Shown in pieces: positions 48,816 through 58,086 of a DNA stretch of 64,000 nucleotides. The stretch is from Patescibacteria group bacterium (GTDB lineage Bacteria > Patescibacteriota > Microgenomatia > UBA1400 > MFAQ01): positions 64,397-128,396 of the forward strand of contig CALRDV010000002.1 in NCBI GenBank assembly GCA_943355005.1, read 5' to 3'. The notes below the pieces were generated by a model. It was not told where the DNA came from. It did no database searches and saw nothing but the letters and a program-made list of their open reading frames with translations. Within the stretch, counting starts at the first letter, position 1. Each line of letters begins with the position of its first letter. Position numbers and translations under genes: made by a program.

Positions 48816-50156
48816 CTATATTTCTATTTCTTGATTAACTATCGGTAATATAACTTTAACATCTGGAAGTTCTAAATGAATCTTTTCACCTAAAACCAAT
48901 CTTGCCAAATCCTCTCCATGAACCAAAGCTACCTCTTTTAATCCTCCAATTTTCTTCAGCCAATCCAAAAGCTGACCTTGATCTGCATGAGCGCTCATTG
49001 TTTTAATTTCTAATACCTCAGCCTTAATATCTATAGAATTTCCCCAAATATTAATTCTTTTATTTCCATCCAAAATTTCACGACCCAGAGTCCCTTCAGC
49101 TTGATAACCCACAATTACCAGTTGTGTCCTCGAATCTCCTAAATAGTTTATGGCGTGATGGATTACTCTTCCTCCACTCATCATTCCGCTCCCCGCCACA
49201 ATCACTTTAGTTCCGTCATAATTTTTTATCTGCTTACTTTTCTCTATACTGTCACAAACCATTAATCCCGGAAAATCAAACGGATCGTCAGACTTCACCT
49301 GTAATTGTAATCTTTTGCTGTAAAGCTCCGGATAATCTCTAAATACCTGAGTTGCCTTGATCGCCATCGGGCTATCCAGAAACACAGGAGTCTCTTGGGC
49401 CATATCACCCTCTTTTTTTAGCTGATCAAAAATAAACAACAGTTCTTGGGCTCTCTCAATCGAAAATGAAGGAATAAGGACAACTCCTTTTTCCCTTTCC
49501 GCCTTTTGAATTATTTTCTTTAAGTCTTCAATCTCCTCTCTTCTTCCATGGAACTCATCTCCATAAGTAGACTCCATTATGGCCATATCCGCTTTTTTAA
49601 CCATTTCTGTCGGTAGCAGTAATGGTTCTGGTGTATTACCAAGATCTCCACTAAATACTATTGTTTTACCTGTTGCATTTTCTTCAATCAGGATACTTGA
49701 AGATCCCAATATGTGCCCTGCATCAAGGAATGTAACTTTAAATTCTCCTACCATAAATGGTTTGTCGTACTCAACAGTTTTAATTTGTTTAAGTACCTCC
49801 ACTACCTCATCATCTGTATAGAGTACGGCTTTTGCTTCTTCCTCCCTTGCCAACTTAGCCGAATCAGTCAACACCAGATCCATCAACGCCTTTGTGGCTT
49901 CCGTCATAAAAATTGGACCTTTAAACCCGTAGTTAACGAGCATAGGCAATCTTCCACAGTGATCCAAATGTGCATGGGTGATGAGCACTGCCGATAGATT
50001 TACAAATTCAATCTCCGGTTTTACCGAGTTCATTCCAACTTCTTCCGGCTTCCCTTGAAACATTCCATAATCCACCATCATATTAGTACTTTTGCCGGAC
50101 AGATAAAAATTTGACCCCGTTACTGTCTTCGCTGCCCCCAAAAATTTCAATTTCAT
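48816..50156 (-). CDS. MBL-fold beta-CASP ribonuclease
   Basis: THAHLDHCG, AGHILGS, FSGDLG, ESTYG, SAHAD, VHGE. Confidence 0.93.
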   Translation of the reverse strand: MKLKFLGAAKTVTGSNFYLSGKSTNMMVDYGMFQGKPEEVGMNSVKPEIEFVNLSAVLITHAHLDHCGRLPMLVNYGFKGPIFMTEATKALMDLVLTDSAKLAREEEAKAVLYTDDEVVEVLKQIKTVEYDKPFMVGEFKVTFLDAGHILGSSSILIEENATGKTIVFSGDLGNTPEPLLLPTEMVKKADMAIMESTYGDEFHGRREEIEDLKKIIQKAEREKGVVLIPSFSIERAQELLFIFDQLKKEGDMAQETPVFLDSPMAIKATQVFRDYPELYSKRLQLQVKSDDPFDFPGLMVCDSIEKSKQIKNYDGTKVIVAGSGMMSGGRVIHHAINYLGDSRTQLVIVGYQAEGTLGREILDGNKRINIWGNSIDIKAEVLEIKTMSAHADQGQLLDWLKKIGGLKEVALVHGEDLARLVLGEKIHLELPDVKVILPIVNQEIEI

Positions 50157-50198
50157 AATTTCAGTGTACCAGATTCACCACATTTGCTAGAATGAATC

Positions 50199-50954
50199 AT
50201 GGACTGCCCACACTGTCACCAGCCGCTCTCGGCCATCGAAATTGAAACCGCCGACGGTCACACACATTCCATTGAAGAATGTCTAAATTGTGGAGGTCAT
50301 TTTATTGAGCCTTATCTAGCCAATTTCTTTACCATTGAAACCGCTAGAAATATCGATTCAATAATTCCCAAAATCCAAGCAGTCCCAGCGACCAACCCCA
50401 TCTGTCCAAAATGTGGCCAAGGCATGCCGGGTATCAAAGATGACTCTGTTCCGGAGACAGTCACTGTGTTTACCTGCCCCAATCATCACGGCGATTTCTT
50501 TCCCAAAGAGCAATTATTCTTATTCAAAGAAGCTCAGCAATCTAAAATTTATTATCACAAGCTTTGGGGTATTCCTTTAAAATCTGCTTTTGCCGTACTT
50601 ATTCCCATCCTGGTAATTTTTTCTCTGGCCACTTTATTACCTTCCATCCTTGAGCAAATTAACAGTCCCCAAGAAACCAGAGTCAAAGCCTCGGAAATAC
50701 TCACCTCACCCCTAATTACGCCTATATCGTCTACTCAGGTTTTGATTTCATTCTCCACCCAAAAGCCGGCAAAAACTTCAGTTAAATTTACCGAAGGCTT
50801 GAGTAAGACTTTGATTGGCTCACAAGTCCTTACTACCACACACCTTGTCAGTGTCGAAGGTTTAGCTCCCGGTACACTATATAAATATGTAATCATTATT
50901 GATTCAAACGGAAAACCAGTGACCACCTCGGAATATACTTTTTCCACCCCCTAA
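50199..50954 (+). CDS. tandem zinc-ribbon membrane protein with C-terminal FN3-like domain
   Basis: CPHC..CLNC, CPKC..CPNH, TM segment, H.V.VEGLAPGTLYKY. Confidence 0.7.
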   Translation: MDCPHCHQPLSAIEIETADGHTHSIEECLNCGGHFIEPYLANFFTIETARNIDSIIPKIQAVPATNPICPKCGQGMPGIKDDSVPETVTVFTCPNHHGDFFPKEQLFLFKEAQQSKIYYHKLWGIPLKSAFAVLIPILVIFSLATLLPSILEQINSPQETRVKASEILTSPLITPISSTQVLISFSTQKPAKTSVKFTEGLSKTLIGSQVLTTTHLVSVEGLAPGTLYKYVIIIDSNGKPVTTSEYTFSTP

Positions 50955-50991
50955 TACAAATTTCTACCTTAAAGACTAAAATTAATTAATC

Positions 50992-51735
50992 ATGTCACGT
51001 GTTTTTTCAGCCTACGAATTGAATCACTTAAAGAATAATGGTTTTAAGGATATCGATACAGATAGTATCGGTGACTCTCCCGTCGAATATGTTACCGGAC
51101 ATGCGGAATTTCGGGACCTGGATTTTTTAGTTAATCCATCTACCCTAATTCCTCGCCTAGAGTCGGAAAAAATAGTAGACCTTGCATTACAATTTATTTC
51201 CCAAGAAAATATTTCTCATCCGGCCATTGCCGATGTTGGTACCGGAAGCGGTTGCCTTGGTATATCTTTAGCTGTTAGTTTAAGTAAAAAACAAATTCCA
51301 TACACCATTTACCTTTCGGACATTTCGGAAGAAGCACTCAAAATAGCAGGTCAAAATGCCGACAACCTTCTTTCATCCCGAGTCAATCTTTTTTTTCAAA
51401 CGTCTTCGCTTATGACAAATTATCCAAAAATAAGATTCGATGTCATTCTTGCAAATCTTCCTTATATTCCGTCGGCAAATATCTCAACTCTTGATTCTTC
51501 TGTAAAAGACTTCGAGCCTGTTTCTGCTCTCGATGGAGGACCTGATGGCACACATTTTATTAACCTCCTATTACAGGAAATTCCGGATTATCTAAACAGT
51601 CGAGGCCTAGCCATTTTTGAAATAAATGACACTCATGCTATTGAAGATTTTCATATTCCCAATAAGTTCAAGGCTGAAATAAAAAACGACACAAACGATG
51701 TTCCTAGATTTTTACTTGTAAATCCAAATCAATAA
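50992..51735 (+). CDS. prmC: release-factor glutamine methyltransferase (HemK/PrmC)
   Basis: LIPRLESE, DVGTGSG, ANLPY, EP..ALDGG.DG. Confidence 0.9.
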   Translation: MSRVFSAYELNHLKNNGFKDIDTDSIGDSPVEYVTGHAEFRDLDFLVNPSTLIPRLESEKIVDLALQFISQENISHPAIADVGTGSGCLGISLAVSLSKKQIPYTIYLSDISEEALKIAGQNADNLLSSRVNLFFQTSSLMTNYPKIRFDVILANLPYIPSANISTLDSSVKDFEPVSALDGGPDGTHFINLLLQEIPDYLNSRGLAIFEINDTHAIEDFHIPNKFKAEIKNDTNDVPRFLLVNPNQ

Positions 51736-51755
51736 TATTTGTTACACTTAAATGT

Positions 51756-52412
51756 ATGAAAAAATCCTGGGTTATTAGCCTAATCGTGATCTTTTTTTCT
51801 CTTTTCTTTGTCAACGCCACAGACCAAACCAACCACTACGAACCTCAGTCAGGCTACGAGCCATCACTCACTTCTGCCATCATAGATAACAATCCCATCA
51901 ACGTTCCTGCATATATCGCAAGTGTCCCCACGCCTCCCAAAGTATTAGGTGAATCCACAGATGAAAAAGTAATTTATGTCGACCTTTCCAATCAAAGACT
52001 TTACGCTTATGAAGGCAACAAACTTATATTTAGCTTTTTGGTATCTACCGGTAAGTGGGGAAAAACACCCACTGGCGAGTTTCGTATTGCAAATAAATTC
52101 CGTTATATAAAAATGAGTGGTGGCTCTACCGCTTTGAAGACATACTATTACCTTCCCAACGTGCCATATACGATGTTTTTTGGTAATTCAGAAATCCCTG
52201 CCTCGAAAGGCTTCTCCCTCCACGGAGCCTACTGGCACAACAACTTTGGTCACCCCATGTCACATGGTTGTGTAAATTTGAAAATTACTGAAGCCGGAAT
52301 TATTTACAATTGGGCAGACCCTATACTTCCGGAAGGTAAATCTTCAGGAGTCGCCTCTAAAGAAAATCTTGGCACCAGAGTTATAATTTACGGGACTACT
52401 CCTAGATCTTAG
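51756..52412 (+). CDS. L,D-transpeptidase family protein
   Basis: VDLSNQRL, VSTG..TPTG, LHGAYWH...SHGCVN. Confidence 0.92.
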   Translation: MKKSWVISLIVIFFSLFFVNATDQTNHYEPQSGYEPSLTSAIIDNNPINVPAYIASVPTPPKVLGESTDEKVIYVDLSNQRLYAYEGNKLIFSFLVSTGKWGKTPTGEFRIANKFRYIKMSGGSTALKTYYYLPNVPYTMFFGNSEIPASKGFSLHGAYWHNNFGHPMSHGCVNLKITEAGIIYNWADPILPEGKSSGVASKENLGTRVIIYGTTPRS

Positions 52413-52471
52413 ATATTTCTCATCCTCTAATTTGCATAAATCAGCTACTGCGAGATACAATACAGATTAAG

Positions 52472-53122
52472 ATGACAAAAGCCAAATTCTCTCAATTAAA
52501 AAAGTTTTTTTCTCAGTTCCCCACCAAGAAATTAGCGAAGAACACCATTATCTTCAGTCCAGGAGATAAAGTAGAAGATGTTTATTTTATTAAATCCGGT
52601 TTTGTTAGAGCATACACCAAGACTCCTTACGGAGAAAACACCCTAAACATATTTAAACCTCTATTTATGGTTTCCGTCATGCACAACATGGTCAGTCAGA
52701 AAAACAATTTTTATATCCAAGCTCTCACTCCGGTAGAAATCTATATCGCCCCTAAAGCCCAATTTGCTAAGTTCCAAAAAGAAAACCCGGAAATTGAAGC
52801 TCTTGTTACAGAATTCTTTGTTAGCACCATGCTCAACTACCTCACCAATCAGGGCAATATTATCAATGGCAACGCCATCAACAAAGTTGCTTCTGTCCTC
52901 TTACAGTTAGTCAACGACTACGGTGATATCAAAAATGACCAGCTTGTGGTAAATTTCCCCGCAACTCACCGCATAGTTGCCAACATTGTGGGCCTCACCA
53001 GAGAAACCACCAGTATTCAGATGAGCAAGCTTCAGAAGTTAGGAGTAATTTCCACCAAACGGGCTCAGTTCACTGTCAAAAATGTTGAAAGGCTTAAATC
53101 CCTCGCTGATCTAGGAGAGTAA
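52472..53122 (+). CDS. Crp/Fnr-family transcriptional regulator
   Basis: cNMP-binding beta-roll and THRIVANIVGLTRETTS HTH. Confidence 0.9.
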   Translation: MTKAKFSQLKKFFSQFPTKKLAKNTIIFSPGDKVEDVYFIKSGFVRAYTKTPYGENTLNIFKPLFMVSVMHNMVSQKNNFYIQALTPVEIYIAPKAQFAKFQKENPEIEALVTEFFVSTMLNYLTNQGNIINGNAINKVASVLLQLVNDYGDIKNDQLVVNFPATHRIVANIVGLTRETTSIQMSKLQKLGVISTKRAQFTVKNVERLKSLADLGE

Positions 53123-53124
53123 CT

Positions 53125-54522
53125 TCAAATACCGAAAAACTGTTTCATTGTGAAAAACCCGAAGACTGAAAAAAATACTATTACCCCAATCACCACAGTA
53201 CCTCTCCATGCGTTTGGTCTTAGTTTCTTGTGTAGTTCTGTTGTGTTCATCCAAAGCACCAAAATAGAATAAATTACCATTGTCCACGAATTCAATACAG
53301 CACTAATGAGTACAAGTTGAAATGGCTCCTTAAAGCCTAAAGATAAAACTAATAGCATCAATCCAATTTGAGCCCAAAGAAAACTGTAAAAATATTTTGG
53401 CAAATCAACAGCCTTAAACTTATCGATTTTTATAATAGCCAAATTCTCCGCCAAAATTTTTCCGGTAGTTCCCAATACCGATAGCTGTGTCGAAAAAAGC
53501 ATAAAACCTAAGACCACCAAAAATATTTTACCGAGTAAAACATTTGTCATTTCACCAATAATCTTTCCCTCAAAAACAACAAACTCTACCCCCGATAACC
53601 CCCCTGATTTACCGTAAATTGTTTCAAAAGCCAATAACGCCAAAGACAACATCGCGATTATTCCAGTCAACCAAAAAATCAATCCTTGCTCTAAATTGGT
53701 CAATTTCCACCATTTGGAAAAAATTCTCAAATTATCCTCAGTCATCTCGAAACTCTTTCCTGTCAGACTTATCTCTTCTCTTTTTCCCGTAAGCAAGCTG
53801 GTAATTCTTCCAGACCCATGACCCATACCATATCCTTTTTCCTTAATATTTTGAGATTGACCCAGATTTAAATTACCTCCGGCTCCTGAAAACACAATTG
53901 CACCCAAAAAGGCTGATATTTGAACACCTACAGGCAAAAACCAATAAGTTTCTCCTTTTCCGATTACTCCTAAAGCCAATGCTGTTATTCCACTCTTCGA
54001 TGCCAACCACCAAGACAGTCCTAATATAAACGGAATCCCAAAAATTAATAGAATCTTTTCCAGTTTCTCCTGTGTACCATACAACACCGGACCAAGGCTC
54101 AAAATTACTCCCATTACTATTAATGCCACCACACCAATAATCTCTGTATTTCCCCATCCTAACCCCGCTGAGAATAATCTTGCACCTGCCAAAGTAATAC
54201 CTGGCCACATCCACGGAATAACAGTTGAAGCTATAAACCAAATCGGAATTATTTTTCCAAACTTTCTTGTCAGCCCCACAAACACGCTCTCACCTGTCAC
54301 CATAGTATATCGACTGATTTCCATGTTTACAAACCACTGCATCGTAATCCCAGCAATTGCCCCCCAGATAATTCCCAATCCATAATTTGCAGTCAGGTAA
54401 GGCCACAAAATTAGTTCTCCAATACCCAAACCTAATCCAAGTAAAATAATACTTGGACCCACCATTTTCCAAAATGGCGGTGGTTCTATTAAGGAGGATT
54501 TTTTAAGCGGTAAAAAATTCAT
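53125..54522 (-). CDS. Nramp-like (APC superfamily) transporter
   Basis: GPSIILLGLGLGIGELILWP, E..RYT..TGES, about 11 TM. Confidence 0.78.
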   Translation of the reverse strand: MNFLPLKKSSLIEPPPFWKMVGPSIILLGLGLGIGELILWPYLTANYGLGIIWGAIAGITMQWFVNMEISRYTMVTGESVFVGLTRKFGKIIPIWFIASTVIPWMWPGITLAGARLFSAGLGWGNTEIIGVVALIVMGVILSLGPVLYGTQEKLEKILLIFGIPFILGLSWWLASKSGITALALGVIGKGETYWFLPVGVQISAFLGAIVFSGAGGNLNLGQSQNIKEKGYGMGHGSGRITSLLTGKREEISLTGKSFEMTEDNLRIFSKWWKLTNLEQGLIFWLTGIIAMLSLALLAFETIYGKSGGLSGVEFVVFEGKIIGEMTNVLLGKIFLVVLGFMLFSTQLSVLGTTGKILAENLAIIKIDKFKAVDLPKYFYSFLWAQIGLMLLVLSLGFKEPFQLVLISAVLNSWTMVIYSILVLWMNTTELHKKLRPNAWRGTVVIGVIVFFSVFGFFTMKQFFGI

Positions 54523-54584
54523 CTATCTAATGTTATACCAACAAACCACTACATCACACAAGATAAACTTAGAAAAAAATTAAA

Positions 54585-54803
54585 CTATTTTTTTAGCAGC
54601 TTCTTTTTTGTTGCTATTACGGATTTCTTCACTTTTGCAACTTCTGCCTTTCCCTTTTTAACAGCTCCACTAACCGTTCTCTGAACAGAATCTCTATTTT
54701 CTTTCCTGGACAAGAACACCGCAGCCGCACCGGCAGCCAAACCCAAAGTGGCAGCACCGATAGCACCCAATAATCCTTTATTTGTTTTCTTTTTGGCAGG
54801 CAT
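54585..54803 (-). CDS. small basic membrane-anchored protein (YtxH-like)
   Basis: MPAKKK...GAIGAATLGLAAGAAAVFLS.KENR; start after AAAGGGA. Confidence 0.6.
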   Translation of the reverse strand: MPAKKKTNKGLLGAIGAATLGLAAGAAAVFLSRKENRDSVQRTVSGAVKKGKAEVAKVKKSVIATKKKLLKK

Positions 54804-54907
54804 ATACTTTCCCTTTTTATTAATAACTATTTTTATTATGCCACAATCACTACTAACTTTCACAAACCCCATTAAGTATCACCACTCGACTATAATGAAC
54901 TTTGTTC

Positions 54908-55468
54908 ATGTCCAAAAAATTTATAAAACAAGCCGGGAACACTCTCATACTTCTAGCGACTTTCGCACTACCGGTAGCTTTACTAATTTTCTTTCGAGAA
55001 GACTTTAAAGAGATTGAGAAAATCATCCCTACCACCGGTGTAGCCGGACCACTTATCTCTATACTTCTCATGGGAGTTCTTTCTGCCACACCAATTCCCA
55101 CCGACCCAATAGTAATTCTCAATGGTGCCGTTTTTGGTCCTTTCGTCGGCGTCCTAGTTTCCTGGATGGGCAACAATTTCGCCGCGATCATTGAGTACTT
55201 TATTGGAAAAGGGATTGCCAAAATTGCCGACTTTGAAAGACAAAGGCACAATCTTCCCTTTGGCCTTGGTAATTTTCCCGTAGATTCTGCATGGTATCTA
55301 ATTTGTGGTCGTTTCGTCCCGCAGTTCGGCGGAAAAGTTGTCTCCATTTCGAGTGGCATGTATCATGTAAATTTTTGGAAATATCTTTGGACGTCTCTCG
55401 TTAGTAACTTATTTGGCTCTGTCGCTCTCGCTGTAGGTGGTTATTCCATACTCCACAAATTCCTCTGA
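54908..55468 (+). CDS. DedA/TVP38 (VTT-domain) membrane protein
   Basis: TPIPTD...GAVFG..G, RFVP, multi-TM. Confidence 0.85.
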   Translation: MSKKFIKQAGNTLILLATFALPVALLIFFREDFKEIEKIIPTTGVAGPLISILLMGVLSATPIPTDPIVILNGAVFGPFVGVLVSWMGNNFAAIIEYFIGKGIAKIADFERQRHNLPFGLGNFPVDSAWYLICGRFVPQFGGKVVSISSGMYHVNFWKYLWTSLVSNLFGSVALAVGGYSILHKFL

Positions 55469-55475
55469 TAACAAT

Positions 55476-55500
55476 GTCATTCCGGACTTGATCCGGAATC
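55476..55500 (+). repeat. GTCATT...AATC palindromic element between convergent genes
   Basis: GTCATTCCGGACTTGATCCGGAATC. Confidence 0.85.
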
Positions 55501-55515
55501 TATATAATTTTTCTC

Positions 55516-56127
55516 CTACAAGTATTTTGCAAACCACGCAATAGTTAATTCAGATATTTTTTCCATCCCCACAGGGACTATTTCCATCTTTTTTACACAT
55601 CCCATCTTTTGATATGCTTGCTTATTGAAATCAATCAGCTGTTTATCCTCTCCCCCAACAATAAAAAGCGAAGGAGCCTCGATTAAATCCAATACCTCCA
55701 TCGCCAAATCCGGCCTACCACCCTTGGAGACCAAAGCCTTAATCTTGGTCCCCCAATATGCAGCTGAAGATAGTGCCGCAGTAGAGCCGATACCGGCGCC
55801 ATAATACCCCAATTTCAAACTCTTTGTCTTGTCATTTTCCAAACACCACTTGCTTACTGCAATCAATCTCTCCGTCATTATCTCAATATTAAATCTGTTT
55901 TCAGACTTTTTAGCTTCCCCTTCGGTTAACAAATCAAACAACAGAGTTCCTACCCCTGCACTCCGAAGGTCTTTTGCCACCCTAAAGGTTTTATCGGACA
56001 ATCTTCCATCCCCCAACTCGTGGGCAAACACCACCATCGACTCTGATTTTCCAGGCAAATCAAGAACCCCTTTGAGAATAATATTCTGAACTGAAATTTC
56101 CACATCCATCTTCCTTAAATATAACAA
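55516..56127 (-). CDS. dienelactone-hydrolase-like alpha/beta hydrolase, catalytic residues apparently lost
   Basis: VVFAH, TLLFDLLT..E, GYYGAGIG, VSKGGRPDLA, IVGGED. Confidence 0.8.
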   Translation of the reverse strand: MLYLRKMDVEISVQNIILKGVLDLPGKSESMVVFAHELGDGRLSDKTFRVAKDLRSAGVGTLLFDLLTEGEAKKSENRFNIEIMTERLIAVSKWCLENDKTKSLKLGYYGAGIGSTAALSSAAYWGTKIKALVSKGGRPDLAMEVLDLIEAPSLFIVGGEDKQLIDFNKQAYQKMGCVKKMEIVPVGMEKISELTIAWFAKYL

Positions 56128-56163
56128 ATCTTACATCCCAAACTCAATAGCCAGATTATTCCC

Positions 56164-56193
56164 AAAAAAAATGCCCCAATAAAAATTGGGGCA
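56164..56193 (-). terminator. intrinsic terminator of the PP2C-kinase-nicotinamidase-vWA operon
   Basis: TGCCCCAAT/ATTGGGGCA stem followed by an 8-T tract on the minus strand. Confidence 0.8.
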
Positions 56194-56215
56194 AATACCA
56201 TAAACATTAACTGAG

Positions 56216-57019
56216 CTACACTGAGAATCCACCAACCTGGGCTTGAGAAAAACCGGGAGCACCCTGAGAAGCTGTCGTGGCGACAGTCGAGAAAGTTCCA
56301 AAGCCGCGCCGGATATCAGTCCCGGAAGCATCGGTCTTGAGAATGCACTGTTCGAGAACTCCCATCCGCAAGAAAATATCGCGGAAGTCGGTTCCCAGGT
56401 CATCCTGAATACCCATGGCGCAGACAATATGCTGCTCGCCGGAAAGAAAATCTTTCGTCAATGGAGCCACTGACTCAGGAGTCATATAGAGAGAACTTCC
56501 CTCGTCATGACCATCACAAACCAGTAATGTTGCTGAACGGACCGGAGTACCACGATCGGAGAATTCCTGAGTCTTTTTTACCAGGTCACCATAACTGATG
56601 ACGGTGGTATCGTAGAAAGGAGTTCCACCATTCGCTCGGTAATTTGTCGAATCCAGTAGTGGCACGTCGTCAATCGGAGTGAAGGGAATCACCACCCCGG
56701 CATTCAAAAAGCGCACGCACATCAGAATTGACTTGTGGTTTTTTGCACCCTTCAAATCAGCACGGACCTTGTTCACACCATCACGGATCGCTTGCTCGTT
56801 CCCCGCACGTCGGATCGAAGTTGAATCATCAACCACGATTTCAACTGCGAAGATTTCCGAACCGCCTTTTACGTCAATCGCGGGCACACCCATCGCCTGA
56901 TTTATCTGAGCAGATACATCAGGGATCGTGAAAGCTTTATGGCTGGCAGCAGAGATTACTCCCTCTGCCCGAGCATTATCAAACAGATCATTCGAATTTG
57001 CAGCACTTGAATTTGTCAT
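56216..57019 (-). CDS. vWA (TerY-like) domain protein
   Basis: MIDAS DDSTS, GGTPFYD, LLVCDG; AAGGAG Shine-Dalgarno. Confidence 0.82.
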   Translation of the reverse strand: MTNSSAANSNDLFDNARAEGVISAASHKAFTIPDVSAQINQAMGVPAIDVKGGSEIFAVEIVVDDSTSIRRAGNEQAIRDGVNKVRADLKGAKNHKSILMCVRFLNAGVVIPFTPIDDVPLLDSTNYRANGGTPFYDTTVISYGDLVKKTQEFSDRGTPVRSATLLVCDGHDEGSSLYMTPESVAPLTKDFLSGEQHIVCAMGIQDDLGTDFRDIFLRMGVLEQCILKTDASGTDIRRGFGTFSTVATTASQGAPGFSQAQVGGFSV

Positions 57020-57063
57020 CGGAATCTCCTTATTTTTTGTCTTTTAGATCAACACTCGAAAAA

Positions 57064-58083
57064 TTAGATCGGGTCAGTCGAGCGAACGATATTCATACCT
57101 TCCTTAGCAAACTTGGCAAAAACTTCGTTCGTTTTGTCTGTATGATCCACAATTCCAGGAACCACCACAGGACTCATACAATCTTCCAACAGATACACTT
57201 TCTTTGCCATCGCAGGGTCGACCGCCTTGATTTCTTCCAGAAGGTCAGCGATTGTCCATGCCACACAGTGACTCTTCGCCTGTCCCGCAATATACAGCTT
57301 GTCTACCGACATCAACGCCTTAATGAATCTTGTGCTTTTTTGAGCAATCGGTTGCCCCATGGCAAACAAGATCTCTGGGCGCAAAGCCGAATAGCTTTCA
57401 TCCAGTGGATTTCCACCTTTTGTCTCTGGCTCAATATCGGTCTCACGAGCAATGCTATGAAAGAAAATTGCTTCATGGAAGGATGCAACCAGCGCATGTC
57501 CAATACCACCAAGCATTGCGTGGTAGGGCCAGACAGTCAAGCGGAATTTATTGGCTCTCTCCAGCTGAGTACAGTAGTCAAGTAAATATGACTGAAGCCA
57601 ATTATAGTCAACTCCAGGCACACGACCAACGACCGCCAAATTGACCATCCATTTCCCGGTACGAATATCATTAGAACTGATTTCAGTATACGGAGCAGGG
57701 TGCTTACCATTTTTGTCAACGAAAAACACCGGGTGAAAAATTTGTTGAGCAGTATGAGTATCCATCGTCGCAAAGATGCGATTTATCTTACGCAGATTGC
57801 GATAAATGAATTCTGTTAAACGCCGGGTATCGTCGATCGCGCCCGTTCCACTGCGTCCACCAACATAGAGCTCGAATTCAGGAATACAGAAAGTATTCTG
57901 AACATCGATTCCCATTAACCCAATCTTTACAGAATCTGTCGATGCGGGCTTAATGTCATACTGTTTTGCATACTTCTCAGCCGACACTTCCAATTCGGCA
58001 TACTTCGGTTCCCAAACTTGTCCAACTTTTCTTGCATCATAATGTGTAGGAATAGGCAGATTAGTCATTCTTTTCTCCTTCAT
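57064..58083 (-). CDS. cysteine hydrolase, nicotinamidase/isochorismatase family (long form)
   Basis: IDVQNTFC, TMDTH, WPYH, TKG, AKSHCV. These give a D-K-C triad plus metal ligands. The start may be the second Met. Confidence 0.88.
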   Translation of the reverse strand: MKEKRMTNLPIPTHYDARKVGQVWEPKYAELEVSAEKYAKQYDIKPASTDSVKIGLMGIDVQNTFCIPEFELYVGGRSGTGAIDDTRRLTEFIYRNLRKINRIFATMDTHTAQQIFHPVFFVDKNGKHPAPYTEISSNDIRTGKWMVNLAVVGRVPGVDYNWLQSYLLDYCTQLERANKFRLTVWPYHAMLGGIGHALVASFHEAIFFHSIARETDIEPETKGGNPLDESYSALRPEILFAMGQPIAQKSTRFIKALMSVDKLYIAGQAKSHCVAWTIADLLEEIKAVDPAMAKKVYLLEDCMSPVVVPGIVDHTDKTNEVFAKFAKEGMNIVRSTDPI

Positions 58084-58086
58084 TTT

